DNA of 64,000 nucleotides from the NCBI GenBank assembly GCA_028279825.1, contig JANQNA010000008.1, positions 35,173 to 99,172 of the forward strand. The letters run 5' to 3'. The translations under genes were made by a program, and so were the position numbers. Positions 1 to 10,061 of this stretch are shown here, in pieces; within the stretch, counting starts at the first letter, position 1; each line of letters opens with the position of its first letter. The DNA comes from an archaeon (GTDB lineage: Archaea; Aenigmatarchaeota; Aenigmatarchaeia; GW2011-AR5). Under the pieces are notes generated by a model. It did no database searches. It was not told the origin of the DNA and worked only from the letters and a program-made list of their open reading frames with translations.

Positions 1-34
1 TTTTTTATTTTCCTATTGCTTTGAGTGAGAATGA

Positions 35-1321
35 TTGTTTATGAAATTGAAGAGGGATCTGACCCTTGCTGACCTTGTTTTCTACGGGGTAGGCATAATT
101 CTCGGTGCAGGTATATATGTTCTTATAGGTCATTCAGCAGGCATTGCGGGTAACGGAGTCTGGATGTCATTTATTATTGCAGCTGTCGTCGCTTCCTTTA
201 CAGGACTGAGCTATGCGGAACTTTCTTCAATGTACCCGAAGGATGCAGCAGAATTCACGTATGTAAAAACAGCTTTTAAGGACACTACAGCCGGATTTAT
301 CATGGGATGGCTGACATTCTTTACAACTGTCATAGCATGTGCCGTTGTCGCCCTTGGATTCGGTAATTACTTTTCAAGCCTGACAGGCCTAGGTGTTGTA
401 GCGTCTGCAGCCATGATTATCATAGTCTTTTCCATAATAAACTATATTGGCATAAAGGTGTCAGCCAGACTCAACATAATTCTTACATCTATCACCCTGC
501 TCGGCATGCTTATCGTTATACTGATAGGCATTCCGCATCTGGGAACTATAGACTATTTTGAAACACCTACAGGTATTGTCGGTATAATAGGGGCGGCAAC
601 ACTTGTTTTCTTTGCATATCTTGGATTTGATGAAATAGTCAACGTGTCCGAAGAAGTAAAAAATGCCCGGAAGATTGTACCAAGGGCTATAATTATCTCC
701 ATTATAATAACAACAGCTATCTACATTCTTGTTGCCATATCAGCCGTTAGTGTTGTACCGTGGCAGCAGCTTGGTGAATCCTCAACACCTCTGGCTTTGG
801 TGGCTGCAACAGGATTAGGACCTTCAGCAGAATACATTTTGTCGGTGTTTGCACTCTTTGCGACGGCCAGTACTATCCTGATATTTATTGTGGCCGGCTC
901 GCGCATGCTGTACGGCATGGCAGCAGCTAAAGTACTCCCGAAAGTCCTGATCAGGCTGCATAGAAAGAGAAACACGCCTTATATCTCCATAATAGTGATA
1001 GCGGCGGTTGCACTTACGTTTGTTGTAATGGGTGACCTCAAGGATATAGCGTTTCTTGTGGACTTTTCGGCTTTCCTGATCTTTGCGATGATGAATCTTT
1101 CATGCTTTGTTCTTCGTCTTACACAACCAAAGACAGAGAGATTATTCAAGGTCCCGGGAAACATCGGCAAGATACCAGTGCTTCCTCTGGTTGGATTTCT
1201 GGTATCAACTTACATGCTGCTGCAGTTTGAGATACAAACAGCATGGTACGCAGTGCTTGTTATCGTGGTCGGATATATTTTTGCTAAATACATGGAGTCA
1301 GAAAATAATCCAAAATTCTAA
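35..1321 (+). CDS. amino acid permease (APC superfamily transporter)
   Basis: 428 aa polytopic membrane protein; N-terminal LTLADLVFYGVGIILGAGIY motif typical of APC amino-acid/polyamine permeases. Confidence 0.8.
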   Translation: MFMKLKRDLTLADLVFYGVGIILGAGIYVLIGHSAGIAGNGVWMSFIIAAVVASFTGLSYAELSSMYPKDAAEFTYVKTAFKDTTAGFIMGWLTFFTTVIACAVVALGFGNYFSSLTGLGVVASAAMIIIVFSIINYIGIKVSARLNIILTSITLLGMLIVILIGIPHLGTIDYFETPTGIVGIIGAATLVFFAYLGFDEIVNVSEEVKNARKIVPRAIIISIIITTAIYILVAISAVSVVPWQQLGESSTPLALVAATGLGPSAEYILSVFALFATASTILIFIVAGSRMLYGMAAAKVLPKVLIRLHRKRNTPYISIIVIAAVALTFVVMGDLKDIAFLVDFSAFLIFAMMNLSCFVLRLTQPKTERLFKVPGNIGKIPVLPLVGFLVSTYMLLQFEIQTAWYAVLVIVVGYIFAKYMESENNPKF

Positions 1322-2448
1322 TTTTTCAGAAACATCTTGACAAGAATAGGCGCTGTTATTGTCGTCAGTATGATTGCGAATATTATTGACGTGTAGATCT
1401 GTGTTGTTATGACGCCTAACAACAGTATGATCTGTAATATAACTATGTTTTCGTCACCGCGAGGCATCATTGACAGTCCTATCAGCTTGACGTCTTCTCT
1501 TGAAGTGCCGAAGAGCTTGGATACAAAACCACAACCTATCAGTTTTCCAAGAATCGTGGCCACAAATATGGCTGCTATCAGCAGCGGATTCAGATTTGTA
1601 AATATCATTAATGTACCGATTGAAGCGTAAAACAATGGGAGAATGAATCCCTTTGATAATATCTCGACTTTCGGAATTATCACAGGTTCAGTGAAGTGGC
1701 TGTTGGCTACGGCCATACCAGCAAGGAATGATCCTGCTGCTATGCTCAATCCAAGGTTGTCTGTAACAAACGCTAAAATGAACAGGACGGCTACCGGCAG
1801 TGTAAACAGCATGTTTTCATCGCGAAATATGTTTATCCTGTCCAGTATTTTGCCCACAACCGAAGACCCTATTGTTAAAATGAACAGATAGAAACCAAGA
1901 CTTACCAGCAGTATGAAGAATATGCTGGAAAGGGATATTGCCGTGCTGATATACATATTGAACACGGACAATGCAAGTATGCCGACAACGTCATCTGCTA
2001 TGCTTATCGCTACAATCAGCTTGCCTATGTTTGTGTTGAACTTACCCGATCTCATTAACAGCAAGAATAGCGAGCCGTTACTTGTTGACAGTATTGCCGT
2101 GCCTATTGCTACGCCTATGAGAAAATCATTGAAGAAGACCATTCCTACGAGAAACCCCAAGAAAAAGGAAATCAGCCCGCCTGTTATGGCGAGAAAGCTT
2201 GCCTTGTATGTGTAGTGCTTTATATCCTCGAGCTTGACTTCCATACCTGCAATGAATAACAGGAATATTATCCCGAAAGTAAGGAAGCCTGTAAGAAAAT
2301 CTCCGAGAATAACCCAGCCCAGTATAGGACCGAGTATTATACCTGCTATTACCTCGCCTACAAGCGAAGCGATACCGAATTTCTCTGTTATACTTCCCAG
2401 AATCTTGGCGAAAAGGAGCAGTAATCCCATTGTAAGCAGAATTTCCAT
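1318..2448 (-). CDS. monovalent cation:proton antiporter (CPA/Kef-type Na+/H+ exchanger)
   Basis: ORF track gives 1318..2796. Start trimmed to internal Met (MEILLTMGLLLLFAKILGSITEKFG...) because upstream extension is non-membrane junk; ~12 TM helices, GxxxxGP motifs typical of CPA antiporters. Confidence 0.7.
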   Translation of the reverse strand: MEILLTMGLLLLFAKILGSITEKFGIASLVGEVIAGIILGPILGWVILGDFLTGFLTFGIIFLLFIAGMEVKLEDIKHYTYKASFLAITGGLISFFLGFLVGMVFFNDFLIGVAIGTAILSTSNGSLFLLLMRSGKFNTNIGKLIVAISIADDVVGILALSVFNMYISTAISLSSIFFILLVSLGFYLFILTIGSSVVGKILDRINIFRDENMLFTLPVAVLFILAFVTDNLGLSIAAGSFLAGMAVANSHFTEPVIIPKVEILSKGFILPLFYASIGTLMIFTNLNPLLIAAIFVATILGKLIGCGFVSKLFGTSREDVKLIGLSMMPRGDENIVILQIILLLGVITTQIYTSIIFAIILTTITAPILVKMFLKN

Positions 2449-2919
2449 ATGTAACAATAGTAACCAGAATACAAATAAATGTCGCGACTGCGGTTTTAAG
2501 TATATTTTTGGTATATCGCACTCATGCGACGCAGACCTGTTCCTACGGAGGACATACCCAATGATGAATTTCTTTTTGGAGTACCTCCTAATGCTGAATT
2601 TGGAAGGGCTGAAACTGTCAGGGATAAGAAATATTTTTTCAGACGGCAGGGAGGTCACTTTCTTGTTACATGGGAAGGTACGGATGGTTTGTTCACTGCC
2701 TACGTTCAGAGAAAAAAATCCTTTCTGGACGGGAAGTACAGCTGGAGGACAGGATTTCTGTACAGGGGAGAAGACAGCATATACGCATATGACCATTTCA
2801 GGGTGGGTTCATACATTTCTTCGCAATTAGGGTTAAACCTTGATTCATTAATAGTTGAGTACAGGAAAAAAATCAAGAAGCAACGTAAATGACATCTTTA
2901 AATATGTATATTCACCGAT

Positions 2920-3294
2920 ATGTCTATGGACCGACATAGAGAGCCGCCTTCTGAGGTAGAAATATTTGGCGAGCATAAGTTCAGTGAAATAGAACTTGGT
3001 CTTTTGCAGATGCAGACGCTCTGGATACTGAGCAGTGATCCTACACATGGGTATGACCTGATGAAGAAACTGAATGATATAAAGAAGACGAAGATCACGC
3101 AGGGTACGCTTTATCCGACCTTACAGAGGCTGGAGGACAGGCAGCTTATAAGAAGCCACAGAGAGGGCAGGAAAACTGTATACTGCATAACGCAGAAAGG
3201 CAAAAAAGTCATGGACGAGTCATGCCTGGACTTTTCAAGGACGTTCTTCGGTATTTTCAAATCGTTCGTCTGCAACAAATGTACGGGGAATTGA
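2920..3294 (+). CDS. PadR-family winged-helix transcriptional regulator
   Basis: HGYDLMKKLNDI...GTLYPTLQRLEDRQLI matches PadR wHTH signature; immediately upstream of suf operon. Confidence 0.7.
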   Translation: MSMDRHREPPSEVEIFGEHKFSEIELGLLQMQTLWILSSDPTHGYDLMKKLNDIKKTKITQGTLYPTLQRLEDRQLIRSHREGRKTVYCITQKGKKVMDESCLDFSRTFFGIFKSFVCNKCTGN

Positions 3295-3295
3295 T

Positions 3296-4027
3296 ATGCT
3301 GGAAATAAGAGATTTGCATGTTGAAACAAACGGCAAAGAGATAATAAAAGGTCTTGATCTTGAGATAAAGAAAGGCGAGATACACGTGCTTATGGGTCCG
3401 AATGGATCGGGAAAAAGTACCTTGTCGTATGCATTAATGGGTCATCCGAAATACAAGATTACAAGGGGTGATGTTCTTTTTGAAGGTGAAAGTGTAAAGG
3501 ACCTGAGTCCTGATAAACGCTCAAAGCTTGGTATATTTCTTTCATTCCAGTATCCCATGGAAGTCCAGGGTGTCCAACTTTCAAATTTTATCAGACTGGC
3601 TACAGACAACAAAAACTTCCAGGAGTTCAGGGAAGATCTTAGCAACAATATGTCAATGCTGAAGATGGACAAGTCCTTCGGACAACGATATCTTAATGAC
3701 GGATTTTCCGGCGGTGAAAAGAAAAGAGGAGAAATTCTCCAGATGGCTATGCTTAAGCCTAAACTGGCCATACTGGATGAGACCGATTCCGGCCTGGATA
3801 TAGATGCACTGAAGACTGTGGCAGAAGGAATAAACACTGTCAACAAAAACGTGAATTCAGGTATACTCCTGATAACTCACTATCAGAGAATACTCAAGTT
3901 TGTGAAACCCGACTACGTTCACATAATCAGTGACGGGAAAATTGTCCAGACCGGTGGTGCAGATCTGGTGGACAAACTGGAAGAAGAAGGCTATGAGTGG
4001 GTGAGCAAGAATGGACATAAGAAGTGA
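3296..4027 (+). CDS. sufC: Fe-S cluster assembly ATPase SufC
   Basis: Walker [13 protein letters not shown] signature FSGGEKKR, Walker [13 protein letters not shown]; SufC-like N-terminus MLEIRDLHV. Confidence 0.9.
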   Translation: MLEIRDLHVETNGKEIIKGLDLEIKKGEIHVLMGPNGSGKSTLSYALMGHPKYKITRGDVLFEGESVKDLSPDKRSKLGIFLSFQYPMEVQGVQLSNFIRLATDNKNFQEFREDLSNNMSMLKMDKSFGQRYLNDGFSGGEKKRGEILQMAMLKPKLAILDETDSGLDIDALKTVAEGINTVNKNVNSGILLITHYQRILKFVKPDYVHIISDGKIVQTGGADLVDKLEEEGYEWVSKNGHKK

Positions 4028-5399
4028 TTATAAAGAGAAGTTTGGTTTTAACGTAAAGACAGATACTTTTCACGAGAAGAAAGGTTTATCGGAAAAAACA
4101 GTCAGGGAGATATCCGAGATAAAACAGGAACCTGAATGGATGACAAAGTACAGAACAGATGCGTTAAAGGTGTTTCTTAAGAAAAAAATGCCAAAGTGGG
4201 GAGCCAATCTTGAAAGCATTGATTTCGAGAAAATCATTTACTATCTAAGTGCTACAAAGAAGAAGGCAGCTACATGGGATGATGTACCTGCCGAAATCAA
4301 GAATACATTTGAGAAACTGGGAATACCGGAAGCCGAGAGAAAAATACTTGCCGGTGTCGAGGCTCAGTTTGATTCCGAGGTTGTTTACAGCAAGATACGG
4401 GAGGATTTAGAAAAACTGGGTGTTATATTCTGTTCCACCGATCAGGCACTGAAGGAACATCCCGAACTGTTCAAAAAATACTTTGGTACTGTTATACCGG
4501 CAGGGGACAACAAGTTTTCTGCACTCAACAGTGCTTTCTGGTCTGGCGGATCGTTTGTTTACGTGCCAAAAGGCGTTGAAGTTCCCATACCTCTGCAGGC
4601 TTACTTTAGAATAAATTCCAAAGATCTCGGCCAGTTTGAAAGAACACTTATCATAGCCGATGAAGGGAGTCGTGTACACTACATAGAGGGATGTACTGCG
4701 CCTATCTATTCATCGGACAGCCTTCATGCAGCTGTTGTTGAGGTGATTGCACTGCCTGGTGCACATGTTCGTTATACAACATTGCAGAACTGGTCAAATA
4801 ATGTTTACAATCTTGTCACGAAAAGGGCCCACGCACACAAAGATGCTATTGTTGAGTGGCTTGATGCAAACATTGGGAGTAAAATAACTATGAAATATCC
4901 AAGTGTTTATCTGCTTGGTGAGAATGCCAAAGCTGACATGATGTCTATAGCCTTTGCAGGTAAAGAGCAGTTACAGGACACAGGATCAAAGGCGGTACAC
5001 ATGGCAAAGAACACGAGCTCTTCCATAGTCAGCAAGTCCATCAGTAAAGACGGCGGCAGGACAATGTACAGAGGTCTTGTCAGAGTGAACAAGGGCTGCA
5101 AAGATTCAAAGTCAAACGTCCGGTGTGATGCTTTAATTCTGGATGAAAAATCCGCTTCCGATACCATTCCTTACATGGAGATAAACGAGAAGAAGGTTAA
5201 CATGGGGCATGAAGCAACCGTGGGCAAGATTGGCGAAGAGCAGCTCTTTTATCTACAGAGCCGTGGCCTAAGCGAGGCGGAAGCTGCTGCATTGATAGTG
5301 CGCGGTTTCTTTGACTGTTTCACAAAACAACTTCCACTGGAATATGCCGTAGAGTTTAATCGATTGATAGAAATGGAAATGGAAGGTAGTGTAGGATGA
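4011..5399 (+). CDS. sufB: Fe-S cluster assembly protein SufB
   Basis: 462 aa; conserved SufB blocks [34 protein letters not shown] and C-terminal beta-helix region; overlaps sufC end by 17 nt. Confidence 0.9.
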   Translation: MDIRSDYKEKFGFNVKTDTFHEKKGLSEKTVREISEIKQEPEWMTKYRTDALKVFLKKKMPKWGANLESIDFEKIIYYLSATKKKAATWDDVPAEIKNTFEKLGIPEAERKILAGVEAQFDSEVVYSKIREDLEKLGVIFCSTDQALKEHPELFKKYFGTVIPAGDNKFSALNSAFWSGGSFVYVPKGVEVPIPLQAYFRINSKDLGQFERTLIIADEGSRVHYIEGCTAPIYSSDSLHAAVVEVIALPGAHVRYTTLQNWSNNVYNLVTKRAHAHKDAIVEWLDANIGSKITMKYPSVYLLGENAKADMMSIAFAGKEQLQDTGSKAVHMAKNTSSSIVSKSISKDGGRTMYRGLVRVNKGCKDSKSNVRCDALILDEKSASDTIPYMEINEKKVNMGHEATVGKIGEEQLFYLQSRGLSEAEAAALIVRGFFDCFTKQLPLEYAVEFNRLIEMEMEGSVG

Positions 5400-6436
5400 T
5401 GTTGCCGCTTCTAAGCAAGATAAGAGAGGAATCTATGAACAAATTTCTAGGTATGAATCTGCCGCAAGAAAGAGAAGAGGACTGGAGATATACGACAATA
5501 GACAACATTGAATTTACAGCAGGCGACAGCGAGATAATGATGAGTGATGCACCCGAAGGCGTGATATTTACGGATATTCTTACTGCAATGAAAGAACATT
5601 CGTCTATGATCGAAAAACATATGAAAGTAAAAATAATGGACAAATTTTCTGCGTTCCACTACGCAAACCTTGTGAACGGCATATTCATCCACATTCCTGA
5701 CGAAAAGAGTGCTGAACTTTCCTCTGTAATAAACGGTGCTTCACACACAGTCATTGTTCTGGGAAAGAACTCAAAATTAAAATACACGGAGGAATATTCC
5801 GGCACAGGATTAACTGACGGTGTTGAGATCTTTGCCGGAGAAGACAGCGAGGTCAACCTTACCTCTGTACATAATTCAAAGAAAACATTTTCATTCAAAC
5901 ATGCTGCGCTTGAACGCTCTGCCAAACTTGACTGGACTGTTGCATCTGTTGGTGAATTCCACAGAACAAGGATGGATATTGATCTCTGCGGTGAAGCCGC
6001 ATCTTCAGATATCAAGTGTGCATTCAAGGGTAGAAATGAACAGCATAAGGATTTTCTTGTAACAACAAATCATATCGGGCGTGATACTCAAAGCAACGTG
6101 CTTGGAAAAGGTATTCTTGATGACAGATCAACATCAGTTTTTCGTGGCATGATAAACATAGCAAAAACAGCACAGAGAACCGATGCGTACCTGTCTTCAA
6201 ATACTCTGCTATTAAGTGAGGAGGCAAGGGCAAACAGCGTTCCAAGTCTTGTTATTGATACTGATGATGTTAAAGCAAAACATGGTGCAACTACGGGGCA
6301 GATAGATGAAGAACAACTCTTTTATCTACAGAGCCGTGGCCTCAGCGAGGCACAGGCCGAGGAATTCATAGTCCAGGGATTCTTTGAACCGATTGTAAAC
6401 GACAAACTAAGGGGTGTATTGAATGGAAGTACGTGA
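5396..6436 (+). CDS. sufD: Fe-S cluster assembly protein SufD
   Basis: 346 aa SufB/D paralog with C-terminal ...[30 protein letters not shown] block shared with SufB; ATGA overlap with sufB. Confidence 0.8.
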   Translation: MMLPLLSKIREESMNKFLGMNLPQEREEDWRYTTIDNIEFTAGDSEIMMSDAPEGVIFTDILTAMKEHSSMIEKHMKVKIMDKFSAFHYANLVNGIFIHIPDEKSAELSSVINGASHTVIVLGKNSKLKYTEEYSGTGLTDGVEIFAGEDSEVNLTSVHNSKKTFSFKHAALERSAKLDWTVASVGEFHRTRMDIDLCGEAASSDIKCAFKGRNEQHKDFLVTTNHIGRDTQSNVLGKGILDDRSTSVFRGMINIAKTAQRTDAYLSSNTLLLSEEARANSVPSLVIDTDDVKAKHGATTGQIDEEQLFYLQSRGLSEAQAEEFIVQGFFEPIVNDKLRGVLNGST

Positions 6437-7601
6437 TGATTTTCCCATTCTCAAGAGAAAGGTCAACGGTAAAACGCTTGTTTATCTGGACAATGCTGCT
6501 ACAACGCAAAAACCCAAACAGGTGATAGACAAAGTATCCGAGTACTACAAGGAGCACAATGCAAACATTCACAGAGGGATTCACAAGCTCAGTGAAGAGG
6601 CTACTAACGAGTTTGAAGAAACAAGAAAGAAAATAGCTAAGCTTATTGGCGCTAAAGAAGACGAGGTTGTGTTTACAAGAAGCACAACGGAGTCTCTGAA
6701 TACTTTAGCTTATTCATCGCTTCGTTCTCTTGGAGAGGGTGACGAGGTTGTACTTAGTGTTATGGAACACCACAGCAATATTGTTCCGTGGCAGATGCTG
6801 CAGGAAAAGGGTGTGAAGCTGAACTTCGTGGACATTAATCCTGACGGGACGCTAAAGATGGAACAGTTTGAAGAACTGATAAACAAGAATACAAAAATTG
6901 TTTCAATTGTTCATGCATCCAATGTACTTGGTACGATAAATCCTATTGCCGATATATCCAAAATTGCACATGATAATAATGCTATAATGATTGTAGACGG
7001 TGCACAAAGCGTGCCAAATATGAAAATAGACGTGAAGAAACTAGGCTGTGACTTTCTTGCATTTTCAGGGCATAAAATGCTTGGGCCAACGGGTGTGGGA
7101 ATACTCTACGGAAACAACTTTGACAACGTGGAACCGTTTCTGCGTGGCGGAGAAATGATCAGGGAAGTTTCGCTTCGCGAAGCTAAATGGAATGACATGC
7201 CCTGGAAGATGGAAGCGGGTACACCAAATATTGCAGGTGTTGCCGGGTTCGGTGAAGCTATTGCTTACCTGGAAAGAACTGGTTTATCAAAGATAAGGAA
7301 ACATGAAACAGAACTCGTAAAGTATGCAACGAAGAAGCTTGAGGATTTGGTTACAATATACGGCAATGCTGATAAAACAGGCGTGGTATCTTTTTCAATG
7401 AATGCCCATCCTCATGACGTTGCGTCACTGGTTGATTCAGAAGGTATAGCAATAAGATCGGGTCATATGTGCGCGCAGCCACTGATGGATCGACTGGAAG
7501 TCCCGGCTCTGTCCAGAGCCAGTTTCTATCTTTACAACACAAAAGAAGAGATAGACAAGCTTGTAACAGCTTTGGAAAAAGTCCAGAAGGTGTTTGAATG
7601 A
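6423..7601 (+). CDS. sufS: cysteine desulfurase SufS (class V aminotransferase)
   Basis: PLP-lysine motif FSGHKMLGPTGVGILYG, active-site Cys region RSGHMCAQP; 392 aa. Confidence 0.9.
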   Translation: MEVRDDFPILKRKVNGKTLVYLDNAATTQKPKQVIDKVSEYYKEHNANIHRGIHKLSEEATNEFEETRKKIAKLIGAKEDEVVFTRSTTESLNTLAYSSLRSLGEGDEVVLSVMEHHSNIVPWQMLQEKGVKLNFVDINPDGTLKMEQFEELINKNTKIVSIVHASNVLGTINPIADISKIAHDNNAIMIVDGAQSVPNMKIDVKKLGCDFLAFSGHKMLGPTGVGILYGNNFDNVEPFLRGGEMIREVSLREAKWNDMPWKMEAGTPNIAGVAGFGEAIAYLERTGLSKIRKHETELVKYATKKLEDLVTIYGNADKTGVVSFSMNAHPHDVASLVDSEGIAIRSGHMCAQPLMDRLEVPALSRASFYLYNTKEEIDKLVTALEKVQKVFE

Positions 7602-7921
7602 TTGAATTAAGAGGTCATCATGTAGCGTCTCTTGCTTATTATTTGTGTTATGGTCCGATGACTGGTAATGAATACCTTGATCATGCTAACGAAAAATTTG
7701 TTAGGTTACTCAGTGATAGCTCTACGGAAGTTAAAATTGTTGCAGGTCTTGACTTTGTTTGCGAGTCTGGTGGTACTTCATGTCCTAAAAAAACAAATAC
7801 ATGTTCGTATACACACGACGATGATTTTTGTATTGAAGAATATGGACTGACTGTTGGTAAAGTATATACCGTGGGAGAACTGGTAGAGATAGCTAAAGAA
7901 AACGGGGATGTGAGGTGCTGA
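7598..7921 (+). CDS. Cys-rich small protein embedded in suf operon (function unknown, possibly Fe-S related)
   Basis: 107 aa, starts MIELRGHH, 7 Cys incl. CESGGTSCPKKTNTC; ATGA-coupled to sufS and overlaps sufU start. Confidence 0.5.
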   Translation: MIELRGHHVASLAYYLCYGPMTGNEYLDHANEKFVRLLSDSSTEVKIVAGLDFVCESGGTSCPKKTNTCSYTHDDDFCIEEYGLTVGKVYTVGELVEIAKENGDVRC

Positions 7922-8340
7922 TTATGGATATGTACGAAGAGGTAATACTTGAGCATTACAAAAATCCGCAGAACCACGGCAAGATCGATCAGCCATCAGC
8001 TGATCGTGAGGAGTATAATCCGCTATGCGGGGACAAAGTTAGAATACAGTTAATAATCAAAGACGATAAAATTGAGGACATCAGGTTCCAGGGCCGTGGC
8101 TGTGCTATCAGTACTGCTTCCACTTCGCTGCTTACGCAACATGTGAAAGGCAAAACACTGGCGGAAGTAAAAAAACTCGACAAGGATGACATAGTAAAGC
8201 TGCTTGGTGTTGATGTTAACCCTACCAGATTTAAGTGTGTTTTACTCGGGTTAAAGACACTGAAACTGGCGATATACCAGTACCTGATTGATCACAAAAA
8301 GCATGTAGAGGAGAAAGAATTCAAAGTGAGTGATGCGTAA
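7915..8340 (+). CDS. sufU: SufU/IscU-type Fe-S scaffold (NifU-like N-terminal domain)
   Basis: EHYKNPQNHGKI...NPLCGDKVRIQL...FQGRGCAISTAS contains the three conserved Cys of IscU/SufU. Confidence 0.8.
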   Translation: MLIMDMYEEVILEHYKNPQNHGKIDQPSADREEYNPLCGDKVRIQLIIKDDKIEDIRFQGRGCAISTASTSLLTQHVKGKTLAEVKKLDKDDIVKLLGVDVNPTRFKCVLLGLKTLKLAIYQYLIDHKKHVEEKEFKVSDA

Positions 8341-8612
8341 TGAAACCTGAACAACTTTCGAGTTTGCTGGAATCTTTAACAGGGAAGAAGGATAATAAAC
8401 CTCAGCTGAAGGCAATTGCACACTGGATGAGAAAGGTAAAGGAATCCAAGGGCGAGTACATCCATACGGAAGGGGAGCTGCCTATGCTCGAAAAACTGGT
8501 TCACCTGGGTCTCATAAAAATGAGCAAAGAAAGCCATAACATAGTCAATGTTGAACTTACCGGATCAGGAAAAGAACTTCATGACAGCCTAGCGCTAGCG
8601 GGAATCATTTGA
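8340..8612 (+). CDS. hypothetical protein
   Basis: 90 aa ORF with start overlapping sufU stop (TAATG); no recognisable motif. Confidence 0.4.
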   Translation: MKPEQLSSLLESLTGKKDNKPQLKAIAHWMRKVKESKGEYIHTEGELPMLEKLVHLGLIKMSKESHNIVNVELTGSGKELHDSLALAGII

Positions 8613-8686
8613 GCATTGTGGGAAACCTTTAAAAGCAGAAGCAGACAATAGAGGTTAGTGATGAAGGAGCTAATTTTAGAGGGGAG

Positions 8687-8830
8687 ATGACGTTGACAAC
8701 TAGAGGAAAAGTATACACCTGTAAGAAATGTCTGAAAGAGATCCTTATTATGCTGGAAGGCAGGCATCCGGGCCCGCCTGCATGCTGTGGCAATACAATG
8801 ATGGAAATAAGATCTCCGTACAACAGATGA
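8687..8830 (+). CDS. desulforedoxin-like small Fe(Cys)4 protein
   Basis: 47 aa ORF below track threshold: MTLTTRGKVYTCKKCLKEILIMLEGRHPGPPACCGNTMMEI; C-x2-C-x16-CC spacing and VY(K/T)C / CCG(E/N)xM motifs as in desulforedoxin and the Dfx N-domain. Confidence 0.55.
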   Translation: MTLTTRGKVYTCKKCLKEILIMLEGRHPGPPACCGNTMMEIRSPYNR

Positions 8831-9228
8831 TATACCTGATTTTTATGAATATCAAATTATTTGGTCCTATTGTTAAAGGCAGGGGTGAAGCTAGTTCTGT
8901 TTTGAATTTTCCAACGCTTAATATGATTCCTGAAAAGAAGCCAGAGCTAAAAAACGGGGTCTATGGTGCAAAGGCAAAACTTAACGGCAAGAAATTTTTT
9001 GGAGTTTTGTACATAGGTAAACGGCCCACGTTTGATAACAGTGACATTTCCTGGGAAATTAACCTTTTTGGATATGAGAAAGGAGAAAAAGAAGAGTATA
9101 TAGAAGTGGAAATACTGTTTTTCATAAGACCCGATATGAAATTCTCATCTGTTGAGGAACTAAAACAGCAACAAAGCAAAGACAAGGAGTTTGCTATGAG
9201 CAAATTTGGTCATTCCAATCCCGAATAA
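8827..9228 (+). CDS. riboflavin kinase-like protein (bacterial RibF C-terminal domain type)
   Basis: GRGEASSVLNFPTLNM...GVYGAKAKL...GVLYIGKRPTF...EVEILFFIRPDMKFSSVEELKQQ matches flavokinase domain blocks; ATGA overlap with preceding desulforedoxin-like ORF. ORF track gives 8728..9228; 8827 or 8845 start preferred. Confidence 0.55.
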   Translation: MIYLIFMNIKLFGPIVKGRGEASSVLNFPTLNMIPEKKPELKNGVYGAKAKLNGKKFFGVLYIGKRPTFDNSDISWEINLFGYEKGEKEEYIEVEILFFIRPDMKFSSVEELKQQQSKDKEFAMSKFGHSNPE

Positions 9229-9521
9229 AGATTTAAATCTGTTTCTTATAATCCTAACCGATGGGAAATAGAGTTGATGCTGCATTGGAGTCTGGTGCTG
9301 AATTGCGGGAAATGGAAGCATATCTTTCCGGAAAGGCACAGTTCTTTAGAGGACTACCCGCGTCTCCTGATTCACCCGTGACTCATGATATCGAAGAAAA
9401 AGCAAGGCAATACAGGTCTAGAGCCGCTAGAATCGGAAGTTTGTATCCTTCTAATTTTTCCCGGACAACGGTTAGAGGTATCACAAGAGATGCGACTTAT
9501 CTTCTTGGCCTGGGTAGGAAA

Positions 9522-10061
9522 ATGTGGAACCTGTTTTTATTAAGACACGGTGAATATGATCCTGTTTCTGAGGGAAAACCGATGACTGGCAAAGGCAGAG
9601 ACCAGATACGTTCTGCTGCCAGCTACGTGAATCAGGTTTTGGACGGTTCAGATGCCTGCTTGGTTTCTTCACCATCTGACAGAACATTCGAAAGTTCCTG
9701 TATACTGGCTCAGGAAATGGGCATAGAAAGGGAAAGAATTTACCCCTCAACGATGCTGATTTATAAAATATACAAAGAATACTTCGGCCCGGAAGGAGTC
9801 TCAACATTTATTGATGTTATGAGAAGAAGAAGTGACAACCTTGTGTTAACAACACACAGCCCGGTTCTGGGAACGTTTCCTGCTCATTTTTTATCAGACA
9901 GATTCGGCACCACATCAGAAGACATGGAGAGGATAGGCTATGACCATGCCACTGGAAAGCTACACATTGGCTTTGGCCAGGGAATTCATATTGACATGAA
10001 GACGGGTGATTTCACGCTGTTTCCTCATAGCCAGCGTGCAGAAGAAGGTGTTTCTTCGTAA
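9522..10061 (+). CDS. histidine phosphatase superfamily protein (SixA-like)
   Basis: LLRHGEYD catalytic RHG motif at N-terminus and downstream LVLTTHSPVLG (conserved His) typical of SixA/PGAM fold. ORF track extends to 9261 but the 5' 260 nt lack similarity; start uncertain. Confidence 0.55.
   Translation: MWNLFLLRHGEYDPVSEGKPMTGKGRDQIRSAASYVNQVLDGSDACLVSSPSDRTFESSCILAQEMGIERERIYPSTMLIYKIYKEYFGPEGVSTFIDVMRRRSDNLVLTTHSPVLGTFPAHFLSDRFGTTSEDMERIGYDHATGKLHIGFGQGIHIDMKTGDFTLFPHSQRAEEGVSS

Noticed and set aside
1409-2830. Multiple ORFs (73-198 aa) on both strands overlapping the antiporter gene and its upstream region
   Set aside because: They overlap a strongly supported membrane-protein frame or are low-complexity; no motifs.
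9261-9521. N-terminal 87-aa extension of the SixA-like ORF
   Set aside because: The conserved RHG start of histidine phosphatases begins at the internal Met (MWNLFLLRHG); the upstream segment has no similarity. It could be a leader or an unrecognised element, left unannotated.
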